A DNA stretch of 64,000 nucleotides from Chitinophagales bacterium (lineage in GTDB: Bacteria; Bacteroidota; Bacteroidia; Chitinophagales; UBA10324): the NCBI GenBank assembly GCA_025056305.1, contig JANWWJ010000021.1, positions 49,278 through 113,277 on the forward strand, in the 5' to 3' direction. Under the pieces are notes generated by a model that saw only the letters and a list, made by a program, of their open reading frames with translations, was not told the origin of the DNA and did not search any database. A program made the translations under genes and the position numbers. Positions 10,000 through 18,974 of the stretch are shown here, in pieces; position 1 is the stretch's first letter, and each line of letters begins with the position of its first letter.

Positions 10000-12054
10000 A
10001 TGAATACCCAGTTGTTGCTGCGCGCCTACGAGCTGATGTGTTGTGTCAAATACATGGCGCAAACCTATGATGAAAACCGCAGCATATGTAAATACGTGCA
10101 TAGCACTTCGCGCGGTCACGAAGCTATCCAGCTGGCCGTAGGACTACAGCTTCGGCCTTACGACTATATCGGAATGTATTATCGCGACGAAAGCATCTTG
10201 CTCGCCTTAGGATTCACGCCTTACGAATTGATGTTGCAACTCATCGGTAAGCGGGATGATCCTTTTTCCGGAGGACGCGAATACTATGCACACCCAAGCT
10301 TCCGCAGCGACGGGGCAAAGCCAACCATATTGCATCATTCCAGCGCCACCGGCATGCAAGCCATTCCGCTGACAGGCGCGGCACAGGGCGTGCAATATTT
10401 AGAGCGGAAAGGCCTGCTTCAGGCACCCGAACCTCCGGTGGTGGTGTGCTCTATGGGCGACGGCAGTGTCACCGAAGGAGAAGTTAGTGAAGCTTGGCAA
10501 TTTGCAGTGCTGAAGCAATTACCTATTCTTTATTTGGTTCAGGATAATGGTTGGAGTATCTCGGTTTCGCGCGAGGAAATGCGGGCTATGGATGCCTATG
10601 AGTATGCCGGCGGCTTCAAAGGGCTGCATCGCATGCAGGTGGACGGCAGCGATTTTGTTGCCTCCTTTGCCTGTGTTCAAGAAGCCATTGCCTATGTTCG
10701 GCGTCAGCGACGTCCAGTGCTCGTACATGCCACCGTGCCGCTGCTGAATCACCACACGTCGGGTGTGCGCAAAGAAATGTATCGCTCAGCCGAAGAGCTT
10801 GCCGAAGCAGCCCAGCGTGATCCCCTGCCGAAGCTGCGCTCTTATCTGATTTATCAATTGGGCATAGTTGAGGAAATTTTAGATGAGATCGATGCACAGG
10901 CGCGTGCCCGGGTAGCCGCCGACTTTAACCGTGCTGTAGCTGCTGCCGATCCGGATCCCGCTACGGTCATGGACTTTGAGTTTGTGCCCACGCCCATTAT
11001 TGAGGAGCGAGGCACACGCACTCCGTCGAACGGTCAGCGTGTCATGATGGTGGACGCCGCCCTACATGCCGTGGAAGAAATCCTACGAAAGCACCCGGAG
11101 GCTATTTTCTTCGGGCAGGATGTAGGCCGTCGGCTGGGCGGGGTGTTCCGCGAAGCAGCAACCTTGGCTGAGAAGTTTGGCGATGACCGCGTGTTCAACA
11201 CGGCCATCCAAGAGGCCTACATCGTAGGTTCCACTGCAGGCCTTTCTGCCGTGGGGGTAAAACCTATTGTCGAAATCCAGTTTGCCGACTATCAGTTTCC
11301 CGCCCTGAATCAACTCATTACAGAAATATCTAAATCGTGTTATTTAACCTTGGGAAAATTTCCCGTCAATATGGTATTGCGCATTCCTATTGGCGCCTAC
11401 GGCGGAGGCGGACCCTACCACAGTGGCTGCCATGAATCTGTCATCCTGCCCCAGCGTGGCTTGAAGGTGTGCTATCCATCTAATGCTGCCGATCTCAAGG
11501 GCCTGTTAAAAGCTGCTTTTTATGACCCTAACCCCGTGATTGTTTATGAGCATAAGGGCCTGTATTGGTGTAAGAATCCTGGCACCGAGGAGGCCCGAAC
11601 CATAGAGCCGGATGAGGATTATGTGATCCCACTCGGCAAAGCCCGCATCGCGCTCGCTGCTGACGAACATCGGATAGCCGAAGGCTTTTCATTGGTCGTA
11701 GTCACCTATGGCATGGGCGTGTATTGGGCTATGCATGCTGCACGACAATTCCCGGGCTGTGTGGAAATCATCGATCTACGCACCCTATATCCTTTAGATG
11801 AACCCCTCATCGAAGCACGCGTACGCCAGCATGGAAAATGTTTGGTGCTTACTGAAGAAACCGTCACCAACAGCTTTGCCCAAGCACTCAGCGGCCGTAT
11901 CGCCGCAACCTGTTTTCAATATTTAGACGCACCGGTCTGTTGCCTGGGCGCGCTGCCGGTACCCGCCATTCCGTTGAACATGACGTTGGAACAAGCCATT
12001 CTTCCCTCCGTGGAAAAGGTTGCAGCCGCCATAGACCAACTGTTGCACTATTGA
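10000..12054 (+). CDS. 2-oxoacid dehydrogenase E1, fused alpha+beta subunits (branched-chain type)
   Basis: TPP motif GDGS...N, GQDVG, EIQFADY, GGPYHS, DLRTLYPLD. Confidence 0.9.
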   Translation: MNTQLLLRAYELMCCVKYMAQTYDENRSICKYVHSTSRGHEAIQLAVGLQLRPYDYIGMYYRDESILLALGFTPYELMLQLIGKRDDPFSGGREYYAHPSFRSDGAKPTILHHSSATGMQAIPLTGAAQGVQYLERKGLLQAPEPPVVVCSMGDGSVTEGEVSEAWQFAVLKQLPILYLVQDNGWSISVSREEMRAMDAYEYAGGFKGLHRMQVDGSDFVASFACVQEAIAYVRRQRRPVLVHATVPLLNHHTSGVRKEMYRSAEELAEAAQRDPLPKLRSYLIYQLGIVEEILDEIDAQARARVAADFNRAVAAADPDPATVMDFEFVPTPIIEERGTRTPSNGQRVMMVDAALHAVEEILRKHPEAIFFGQDVGRRLGGVFREAATLAEKFGDDRVFNTAIQEAYIVGSTAGLSAVGVKPIVEIQFADYQFPALNQLITEISKSCYLTLGKFPVNMVLRIPIGAYGGGGPYHSGCHESVILPQRGLKVCYPSNAADLKGLLKAAFYDPNPVIVYEHKGLYWCKNPGTEEARTIEPDEDYVIPLGKARIALAADEHRIAEGFSLVVVTYGMGVYWAMHAARQFPGCVEIIDLRTLYPLDEPLIEARVRQHGKCLVLTEETVTNSFAQALSGRIAATCFQYLDAPVCCLGALPVPAIPLNMTLEQAILPSVEKVAAAIDQLLHY

Positions 12055-12187
12055 GGGCTTGGCAGGCGTTTCAAGATATAATGAAAATAAAAATGTTTTA
12101 GGAGTCTAAGTTTCCTGTGATCCAGATGTTATCTTCGGAATCCTTTCCACGGGCATACCGCCTTTCCTGATCTATTGCTTTCCAGCA

Positions 12188-12730
12188 ATGGCTACCGTTA
12201 AAACCCTGGAAAAAATCACCCGACGCAGTCTGCCGGACTGGCTCACTTTGTTGAAAAACAAAGGGCCACAACACAAAAAAGAACAAGAAGTCTGGCTGCA
12301 GGTTAAATATCACCTAAGTGCTTCGTTAGCCAGACTCATTGTGCGTCACTTCCAACAACAGTATGCAGCTTCGGGCACTGCCGCACTCAATCGTTTGTTC
12401 TCGGGCGACAAGCGCTTTCTCCGCCCCGTCCACGACAAGCTGCTAAGCCAAATCAAAAATTGGCCGGGACTCTCAATACGTATTAATTCTTCTTATATAT
12501 CTCTTTGCAACAGTCGCCAATTCGCCACCCTGCGCCCCACTAAAAACGGACTTGTCCTTTCCTTAAAGAAATGTCCACGCACGGCTTTAAAAGAAAAAAC
12601 GCTGTTGCGTAAAGTAGATCAGCTCCACGGCACCGTCTATTATCAGATCGTTTTATTGGAAGAAGCTGACATCACAGCCGATCTGCTGCGCGCCCTCCGC
12701 CTGTGTTATAAGGCGGAAGGCAAAAGCTGA
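12188..12730 (+). CDS. Hypothetical protein, DUF4287-like N-terminus plus DUF5655-like C-terminus
   Basis: LEKITRRSLPDW...WLQVKYHL, then LRPVHDKL...SYISL...QFATLRP. Confidence 0.6.
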   Translation: MATVKTLEKITRRSLPDWLTLLKNKGPQHKKEQEVWLQVKYHLSASLARLIVRHFQQQYAASGTAALNRLFSGDKRFLRPVHDKLLSQIKNWPGLSIRINSSYISLCNSRQFATLRPTKNGLVLSLKKCPRTALKEKTLLRKVDQLHGTVYYQIVLLEEADITADLLRALRLCYKAEGKS

Positions 12731-13641
12731 ACCCAGCGAACTCCCTGAGTGCTTACTTCCAATCGAGCCGGCCAGCCCATGACCACGGCCAGATTGTCGC
12801 TTCGATGGCCAACAGGAAAACCAAAACATAAAGGATAGTCGTATGCCGCCGTGTGCCGACGAATGATTTCGTATGCACTTTCGCCGAAAGGATTTTGCGG
12901 GTCTTTGTTGTGCATGTCTACGAAATGACCCACAACCAGAGCTGCCAGCCGATCTAAGGCACCAGCTCGCCGCAAGGCCAGCATCATGCGGTCGATATGA
13001 TACAGATGCTCATCTATGTCCTCTAAGAGCAAAATGGCTCCGGTGGTATCCGGAAAGGAAAGACTGCCCAGCAAGCTGTACAAAACCGACAGATTTCCAC
13101 CACAAACGAAACCTTCAGCAGTTCCTGATCGGTTTAACTCATGGCCTTCAACACTATAGGTCAGCGCATTGCCGGTGAGCGCCTCATGTAAGCTTTTCAT
13201 CGATGCAGGTGCAGCCTGGGCCCAATCAACCGCCATAACCGAGTGCAGTGTGGCAATGGGGGTGTGGCGAAAAACATGAGCATGTATTACGGTTATGTCG
13301 CTATAGCCACACAACCATTTAGGATATTTGACTAGTGAGGCCCAATTCAAATGGTCAATGATGCGAGCGGTGCCGTATCCTCCCCGAGCGAACAAAATGG
13401 CATGGACATCCTCTCGATCTAAAAACTGCTGCAAATCGCGGCAACGGAATTGATCGTCGCCTGCAAACTGAAAATGCTTGGCTCCAATGGTAGCTCCAAG
13501 CAGCACTTCCCACCCCCAGTCTTGTAAGGTCGAGCAAGCCATTTGCACCTCGTGCCGATCTATGGCGCGCGCCGGTGCAACCAGTGCCACCCGAGCTCCT
13601 GAACCCAGCGGACTCGGTACCCTTCGCTTCGCTTCAGGCAT
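12706..13641 (-). CDS. LD-carboxypeptidase (peptidase S66)
   Basis: ARGGYG, GYSDIT (Ser), GGNLS, LLEDIDE (Glu), FPVGH (His). Confidence 0.93.
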   Translation of the reverse strand: MPEAKRRVPSPLGSGARVALVAPARAIDRHEVQMACSTLQDWGWEVLLGATIGAKHFQFAGDDQFRCRDLQQFLDREDVHAILFARGGYGTARIIDHLNWASLVKYPKWLCGYSDITVIHAHVFRHTPIATLHSVMAVDWAQAAPASMKSLHEALTGNALTYSVEGHELNRSGTAEGFVCGGNLSVLYSLLGSLSFPDTTGAILLLEDIDEHLYHIDRMMLALRRAGALDRLAALVVGHFVDMHNKDPQNPFGESAYEIIRRHTAAYDYPLCFGFPVGHRSDNLAVVMGWPARLEVSTQGVRWVQLLPSAL

Positions 13642-13668
13642 AGGTTATCTTAGCGGCCCATCCATACG

Positions 13669-15699
13669 TTGGCCGACGTGAAGAAACAAAAAAGATATCT
13701 GGTTACCGCTGCCCTCCCCTATGCCAACGGCGGCATACACCTGGGCCATCTGGCCGGCGCTTATCTGCCGGCCGATATCTATGTGCGCTACCGCAGGCAG
13801 TGCGGCGATGACGTTTTGTTTATCTGCGGCAGCGACGAACACGGCGTACCGATCACGCTGGGGGCCCGCAAAGAAGGGATCCCTCCGCAGCAGTTCGTGG
13901 ATAAATATCACGAACTGATGAAAAAAAGTTTTGCCGATTTCGGCATATCGTTCGACATCTACTCGCGTACTTCCCTGCCCCTACATCACCAAACCGCTCA
14001 AGACTTCTTTCTGAACTTATATAACAAAAAAATTTTTATTGAAGAAACCACTCAACAGTATTACGACGAGCAGGAACAGCTTTTCCTTGCCGACCGGTAT
14101 TTGCAGGGCACCTGTCCGCGTTGCGGTTTCGAAAAAGCCTACGGTGACCAATGCGAGCAGTGTGGCAGTTCATTGTCGCCCCGCGATCTTATTCGGCCAA
14201 TTTCAATCTTGAGTGGCAAGCCTCCGGTGGTGCGTGAAACGCGGCATTGGTATCTGCCCCTGCAACGATTTGAGGCCTGGCTGCACCAGTGGATCTTGCA
14301 GGAACATGCGGCTGACTGGAAGCCGAATGTGCTGGGCCAATGCAAATCCTGGCTTGACAGTGGCCTGCAGCCTCGAGCCATGACCCGCGATTTGGACTGG
14401 GGCGTGCCTGTACCGCTTGAGGATGCCGCTGGTAAAGTGCTCTATGTATGGTTCGATGCGCCCATCGGCTACATCAGTGCTACCAAACAACTGCGCCCAA
14501 ACGACTGGGAACTTTATTGGAAAGATGCCGACACCCAACTAATCCACTTCATAGGAAAAGACAATATCGTCTTTCATTGCATCATTTTTCCGGTGTTGCT
14601 CAAAGCCCACGGTGATTTCATTCTACCGGCCCAGGTACCGGCAAACGAATTCCTCAATTTGGAAGGTGAAAAACTGTCCACCTCCCGCAACTGGGCTATT
14701 TGGTTGCATGAATATTTACACGACCTGCCTGACCGAAAAGATGAGCTTCGATATGTGCTTACCGCACTGATGCCTGAATCATCTGACAGCGACTTTACGT
14801 GGAAAGAATATCAGGCCCGCATCAACAATGAATTGGTAGCCGTTCTGGGCAACTATGTTAATCGGGCTCTGGTTTTGTGTAAAAAATATTGCGGTTTGCA
14901 GGTACCGGCAGCAAACGTGTTGACCGAATCCGACCTAAAAACCCTTCGAGAAGTGCAGGCCCTGCCCATGCAAATGGCTGCACATATAGAAAAATTTCGT
15001 TTCCGGGATGCCCTGAACACCATGATGGAAATAGCCCGTGTGGGCAATCGTTATTTGGCTGAAACAGAACCCTGGAAAGAAGACGACCCCCAACGTGTTG
15101 CTGCTATCCTGAACACGGCCCTGCAGATTGTGGGCTGCCTTGCCGTTACAGCCGAACCGTTCTTGCCCGAGACTGCGGCCCGCATCCGCTCCATGCTGAA
15201 TTGGCACCAACCCTGTTCGCCACAGCAGGTCAAATTGCCACTATTACCGGAAGCGCATCGCTTAAATGAGCCTTTTTTGTTGTTTCGTCAGTTTGAAGAT
15301 GAAGAGGTTGAACGACAGCGAAAAAAGTTATATGCTCGGCAAAACAACCCTGCATCCGCAGTGAAAACGATGCCTACTTGTTCCTACGAGGACTTTGAAA
15401 AACTTCAGCTGCGAGTAGGTACAGTGATTGCAGCCCAACGGGTACCTAAAGCCGAAAAACTGTTGTGCCTTACCGTCGATTTAGGAAGTGAAAAGCGCAC
15501 TGTTGTTGCCGGCATTGCTCATCAATTTGAACCGGATCAAGTTGTAGGCAGGCAGGTCTGCGTGGTGGCTAATCTTGCGCCCCGTACCATACGGGGTATT
15601 GAATCGCAAGGCATGATCCTTACGGCCGAAGGGCCTGATGGTCAACTGAGCTTAGTTCAACCCGGCGAACCGGTTCCTCCAGGAGCCTTTATTCGGTGA
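13669..15699 (+). CDS. metG: Methionine--tRNA ligase with C-terminal tRNA-binding domain
   Basis: ALPYANG, HLGH, zinc knuckles CPRC/CEQC, KLSTS, C-terminal OB domain. Confidence 0.97.
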   Translation: MADVKKQKRYLVTAALPYANGGIHLGHLAGAYLPADIYVRYRRQCGDDVLFICGSDEHGVPITLGARKEGIPPQQFVDKYHELMKKSFADFGISFDIYSRTSLPLHHQTAQDFFLNLYNKKIFIEETTQQYYDEQEQLFLADRYLQGTCPRCGFEKAYGDQCEQCGSSLSPRDLIRPISILSGKPPVVRETRHWYLPLQRFEAWLHQWILQEHAADWKPNVLGQCKSWLDSGLQPRAMTRDLDWGVPVPLEDAAGKVLYVWFDAPIGYISATKQLRPNDWELYWKDADTQLIHFIGKDNIVFHCIIFPVLLKAHGDFILPAQVPANEFLNLEGEKLSTSRNWAIWLHEYLHDLPDRKDELRYVLTALMPESSDSDFTWKEYQARINNELVAVLGNYVNRALVLCKKYCGLQVPAANVLTESDLKTLREVQALPMQMAAHIEKFRFRDALNTMMEIARVGNRYLAETEPWKEDDPQRVAAILNTALQIVGCLAVTAEPFLPETAARIRSMLNWHQPCSPQQVKLPLLPEAHRLNEPFLLFRQFEDEEVERQRKKLYARQNNPASAVKTMPTCSYEDFEKLQLRVGTVIAAQRVPKAEKLLCLTVDLGSEKRTVVAGIAHQFEPDQVVGRQVCVVANLAPRTIRGIESQGMILTAEGPDGQLSLVQPGEPVPPGAFIR

Positions 15700-15740
15700 T
15701 CTTTAGTCAATAAGTTCTTCGACCTTCGGCTCTATCCTTA

Positions 15741-15815
15741 TGGTAGTCCCGACAGGAATCGAACCTGTATCTTGAGATCCGGAATCTCACGTACTATCCA
15801 TTGTACTACGGGACC
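15741..15815 (-). tRNA. tRNA-Arg(CCG)
   Basis: GGTCCCG...TGAGA-TTCCGGA-TCTCA...GGTTCGATTCC...CGGGACT-A-CCA; CCA encoded. Confidence 0.95.
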
Positions 15816-15825
15816 ACGTGCTAAG

Positions 15826-17319
15826 TTACCACACCGGCTTTTGCAAAATTACCGAAGAGTACGAGGGTAAGCTAAGGTAAGTGCCTTGGTGCATCGCACC
15901 ACTTTGGGAGCGAAACACCACAGAAGCGTCGGCAGTCAACCAATCAGCAGATATGCGCTGGCTTTTGCTGCTGAGGTTGTGCACAATAAGCAATACCTGT
16001 TGGCAACAGCGCCGCTCATAAGCCATCAAGGCCGGATGTGCTGTTTGTAGGGGGATAAAATCGCCCCGACTTAAAGCCGGACTACAGCGTCGTAAACCGA
16101 TGAGTTTTCGATAATAATTCAACAAAGAATTCGGCCGCTGGCGCTGCTCTTGTGCCGGCTCAACAACTCTTCGTGTTGTATATCTAGCACGCAGCCAGTG
16201 GGTTTGACCTGCTTGTTGCACGTTCTTACTCCATAAAAATGGTTCGCGCAAATAAGGATCCGGCTTGAGGCCCCTCATCCCGATTTCTTCGCCGTAATAG
16301 ATAAATGGAAGACCCGGTAAGGTAAGCAACAAGCAGGCCGCCATCCGCATTTTTTCAATGGAATGCTTCAATACGGAATAGATGCGGGTCATATCATGGT
16401 TGGATAGAAAGATGCAGTGCACAAAAGGGCTGCGGAAGGAGCCGTAAGTCTGAAGCATTTGGGCTATTCGTTGCGGCAGATCCATGGCATTTTCCTCAAG
16501 TACGGCCTGCTGTATGCCTTCAGCCAGTTCAAAATTGAAAACCCCATCCAAAGCCTCCAGGTATGCAGCTTGGTGTGTGACCTTGTTCCAGCATTCCCCA
16601 ATGAGCAAAACGCGCGGCTTGACGACACGCACGGCAGCCGCAAACTCAGCCCACCATTTTACGTTGGCTGCTGTATTATCGGAAGGATAAATGTGTTGAG
16701 CGGCATCGAGCCGGAATCCATCTACGTCGGTACGTTGCAGCCACCAACACGCTGCCCGGATGATTTGACGCCGCACATGGGGGTGATCAAAATTCAGATC
16801 GGGCATCGTCCGACTAAAGCAGGCATAATATTTTTCTCTATGTGTTGTAGGTCCCGGAAGCCTGTGCCATTGTCCTTCCTTGGGCTGAGGGGCATCGGCC
16901 TGCCATAGGTAGTAGCTGCGGTAAGGTTCCTCCCCCTTGATTGCTCTTTCAAACCAGGCATGCTTCCAGCTGGTGTGGTTGGCTACAAAATCCATGAGCA
17001 CCAACATGTCACGCTTGTGGGCTTCCTCTACAAGCAAGCGAAAGTCAAGCATGGTGCCATAGCTGCTGTCCACGTCAAGCAGGTCAACAGGATCATAATT
17101 ATGATATGAGGGTGCAGGGAAAAAGGGTGTAAGCCAGATGCCTCCTACCCCCAGATCGGCTAAATAGTCAAGACTTTCACGAATGCCATTTATATCCCCT
17201 ATACCATCGTGATTACTATCTCGAAAAGAACGTATAAAAATTTCATAAAAGCAACGAGATTGAAGCTCAGCGTAGAAAGATAGCTCCCCCTCCTGCCTTT
17301 GAGCAGACTTTGAACCCAT
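15826..17319 (-). CDS. GH13 alpha-amylase family glycosidase, no signal peptide
   Basis: YEIFIRSFRDSNHDGIGD, DFVANH, GFRLDAAQH, GECW, FLSNHD. Confidence 0.92.
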   Translation of the reverse strand: MGSKSAQRQEGELSFYAELQSRCFYEIFIRSFRDSNHDGIGDINGIRESLDYLADLGVGGIWLTPFFPAPSYHNYDPVDLLDVDSSYGTMLDFRLLVEEAHKRDMLVLMDFVANHTSWKHAWFERAIKGEEPYRSYYLWQADAPQPKEGQWHRLPGPTTHREKYYACFSRTMPDLNFDHPHVRRQIIRAACWWLQRTDVDGFRLDAAQHIYPSDNTAANVKWWAEFAAAVRVVKPRVLLIGECWNKVTHQAAYLEALDGVFNFELAEGIQQAVLEENAMDLPQRIAQMLQTYGSFRSPFVHCIFLSNHDMTRIYSVLKHSIEKMRMAACLLLTLPGLPFIYYGEEIGMRGLKPDPYLREPFLWSKNVQQAGQTHWLRARYTTRRVVEPAQEQRQRPNSLLNYYRKLIGLRRCSPALSRGDFIPLQTAHPALMAYERRCCQQVLLIVHNLSSKSQRISADWLTADASVVFRSQSGAMHQGTYLSLPSYSSVILQKPVW

Positions 17320-17343
17320 TCAATAGCACTGCTTAGGCTTAAC

Positions 17344-18963
17344 TTAATAGCCGGGATTCTGCTTCAAATTGGGATTGGCGATAATATCGGGGGCCGCCAA
17401 AGGAAATAGCTTAAGGTGTTCGCTCACGGCAGTGCCATTCTTCACCCCTCCTTTCCACGGCCACAAATAAGTGCCTTCCGTAAAGCGGTTGTACCGGATC
17501 AAATCGGTACGTCGCGTAGCTTCCCAGTACAGCTCACGGCCCCGCTCGTTTAGGATAAAATCCAAATCAATGGAACTGACATTATGGTTGCTGTTGCCAT
17601 AGGCACGCTCGCGCAACTGGTTTATATAATTGATGGCCGTTCCCATATCGCCCCCACTACCTCCACGCAGTACGGCTTCTGCATACATTAAGTATGCATC
17701 GGCGAGGCGGTACAACGGATAATCGGTGTCCACGAAATTGCCCGTTGCGTCTTTTCCGGGCTGACCATCGCTGGTAATGTTGCGCCACTTGGTGATCCCC
17801 AAGCCATCCTTAAAGTTAGACACGCTGTTGATGACCAAATTTTGCCCTTTATCATATAGGAAATTTCGCCCATCAAGCGTGTCGCCACGTGGGTTGTTCT
17901 TAGTCGAGCCAAAAAGGGCAGCAAAGCCAAAGTTCGGTAGGGTGTCAGAAGTAGTGCGGTAACCGGCCCAACCACCGTTAATGCCAAAATCAGCGGGGTT
18001 CATCGTGCCACCCACTGGCGCATGCGTCAGGAAGGTGGTGCCTCCATAGGTCTGCGTGTACAACCCGTCAAACGCAATGGGGAAAATGATTTCGTTTGAT
18101 TTGTGATTGTCGGCGCGAAAAAGATTTCCATAGACAGGTTCTAGGCTATATGCACCGCTTTCGATGACTTTTTTACAATAGGTAATGCAGTCGGTGTATC
18201 GGTTTTGATTGACATAAACTTCGGCATTTAAGTACAACTTAGCCAAAGTCATCCAAACAGCGGCTTGATCCGCACGTCCATACTCGTTCTGTCGGGGTGG
18301 GGGCAATAAATTTTCCACCGCTTTTAATTCCGACTCGACATATTCAAACAATTCGGGTCGGAAAATTTGACGCGGCAGCGATGAACCCGGCAAGTCGGCT
18401 TCGGTCACGAAAGGTACGTTACCGAATAGATCCAAAGCATGATAGTATACCAGTGCGCGGATGAAGCGCGCTTCTGCCTGATAACCTCGAATCAACTCTT
18501 TGTCTGCCTCGGAAAATCCTCTTTGGCTAAGCTTTTCTTCTGAACATTCCCTGATAAATTCATTGCATAAAGCAATGGTGAAGAATATCCTGTAATACAT
18601 GGCTTTAGTGAAAGAGTTTTCTGCCGACCACGACATGTTGTGCAACTCGGGAATTCCCGGGTCGTTCCATGCACATATAGCCTCATCGGTAGGTAATTCC
18701 TGCAAGTTCCAATACACACGGATATAGTTAGAAAAGCCTTCATCGATCCCGCTGATGTCGGGTTGGCCCGCCGGACCCTGATTACCAGTAGTGGCAAAGC
18801 CGGCATAAATCTTTGCTAACACATGAAGGTAATTTTTGACCGTATCGTAAAGAGTTGCTGAGTTCAGGCCGTAGAAGGGTTGGCGATCCAAATCTTTCAG
18901 GCACGAGCTGAGCAGTATCGAAACACTCAGCAACAATCCTACCGGCAGAAAAGTTTTCTTCAT
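17344..18963 (-). CDS. susD: SusD/RagB glycan-binding lipoprotein (starch type)
   Basis: Lipobox LSSC, ELPTDEA, EARFIRA, LDLFGNVP, RLADAYLMYAEA, ERGRELYWE, QNPGY. Confidence 0.95.
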   Translation of the reverse strand: MKKTFLPVGLLLSVSILLSSCLKDLDRQPFYGLNSATLYDTVKNYLHVLAKIYAGFATTGNQGPAGQPDISGIDEGFSNYIRVYWNLQELPTDEAICAWNDPGIPELHNMSWSAENSFTKAMYYRIFFTIALCNEFIRECSEEKLSQRGFSEADKELIRGYQAEARFIRALVYYHALDLFGNVPFVTEADLPGSSLPRQIFRPELFEYVESELKAVENLLPPPRQNEYGRADQAAVWMTLAKLYLNAEVYVNQNRYTDCITYCKKVIESGAYSLEPVYGNLFRADNHKSNEIIFPIAFDGLYTQTYGGTTFLTHAPVGGTMNPADFGINGGWAGYRTTSDTLPNFGFAALFGSTKNNPRGDTLDGRNFLYDKGQNLVINSVSNFKDGLGITKWRNITSDGQPGKDATGNFVDTDYPLYRLADAYLMYAEAVLRGGSGGDMGTAINYINQLRERAYGNSNHNVSSIDLDFILNERGRELYWEATRRTDLIRYNRFTEGTYLWPWKGGVKNGTAVSEHLKLFPLAAPDIIANPNLKQNPGY

Positions 18964-18974
18964 GGCTCTACTGA

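Noticed and set aside
4448-15815. tRNA genes as integration sites for an island
   Set aside because: No integrase and no duplicated tRNA 3' end was seen; the flanks are housekeeping-type genes.
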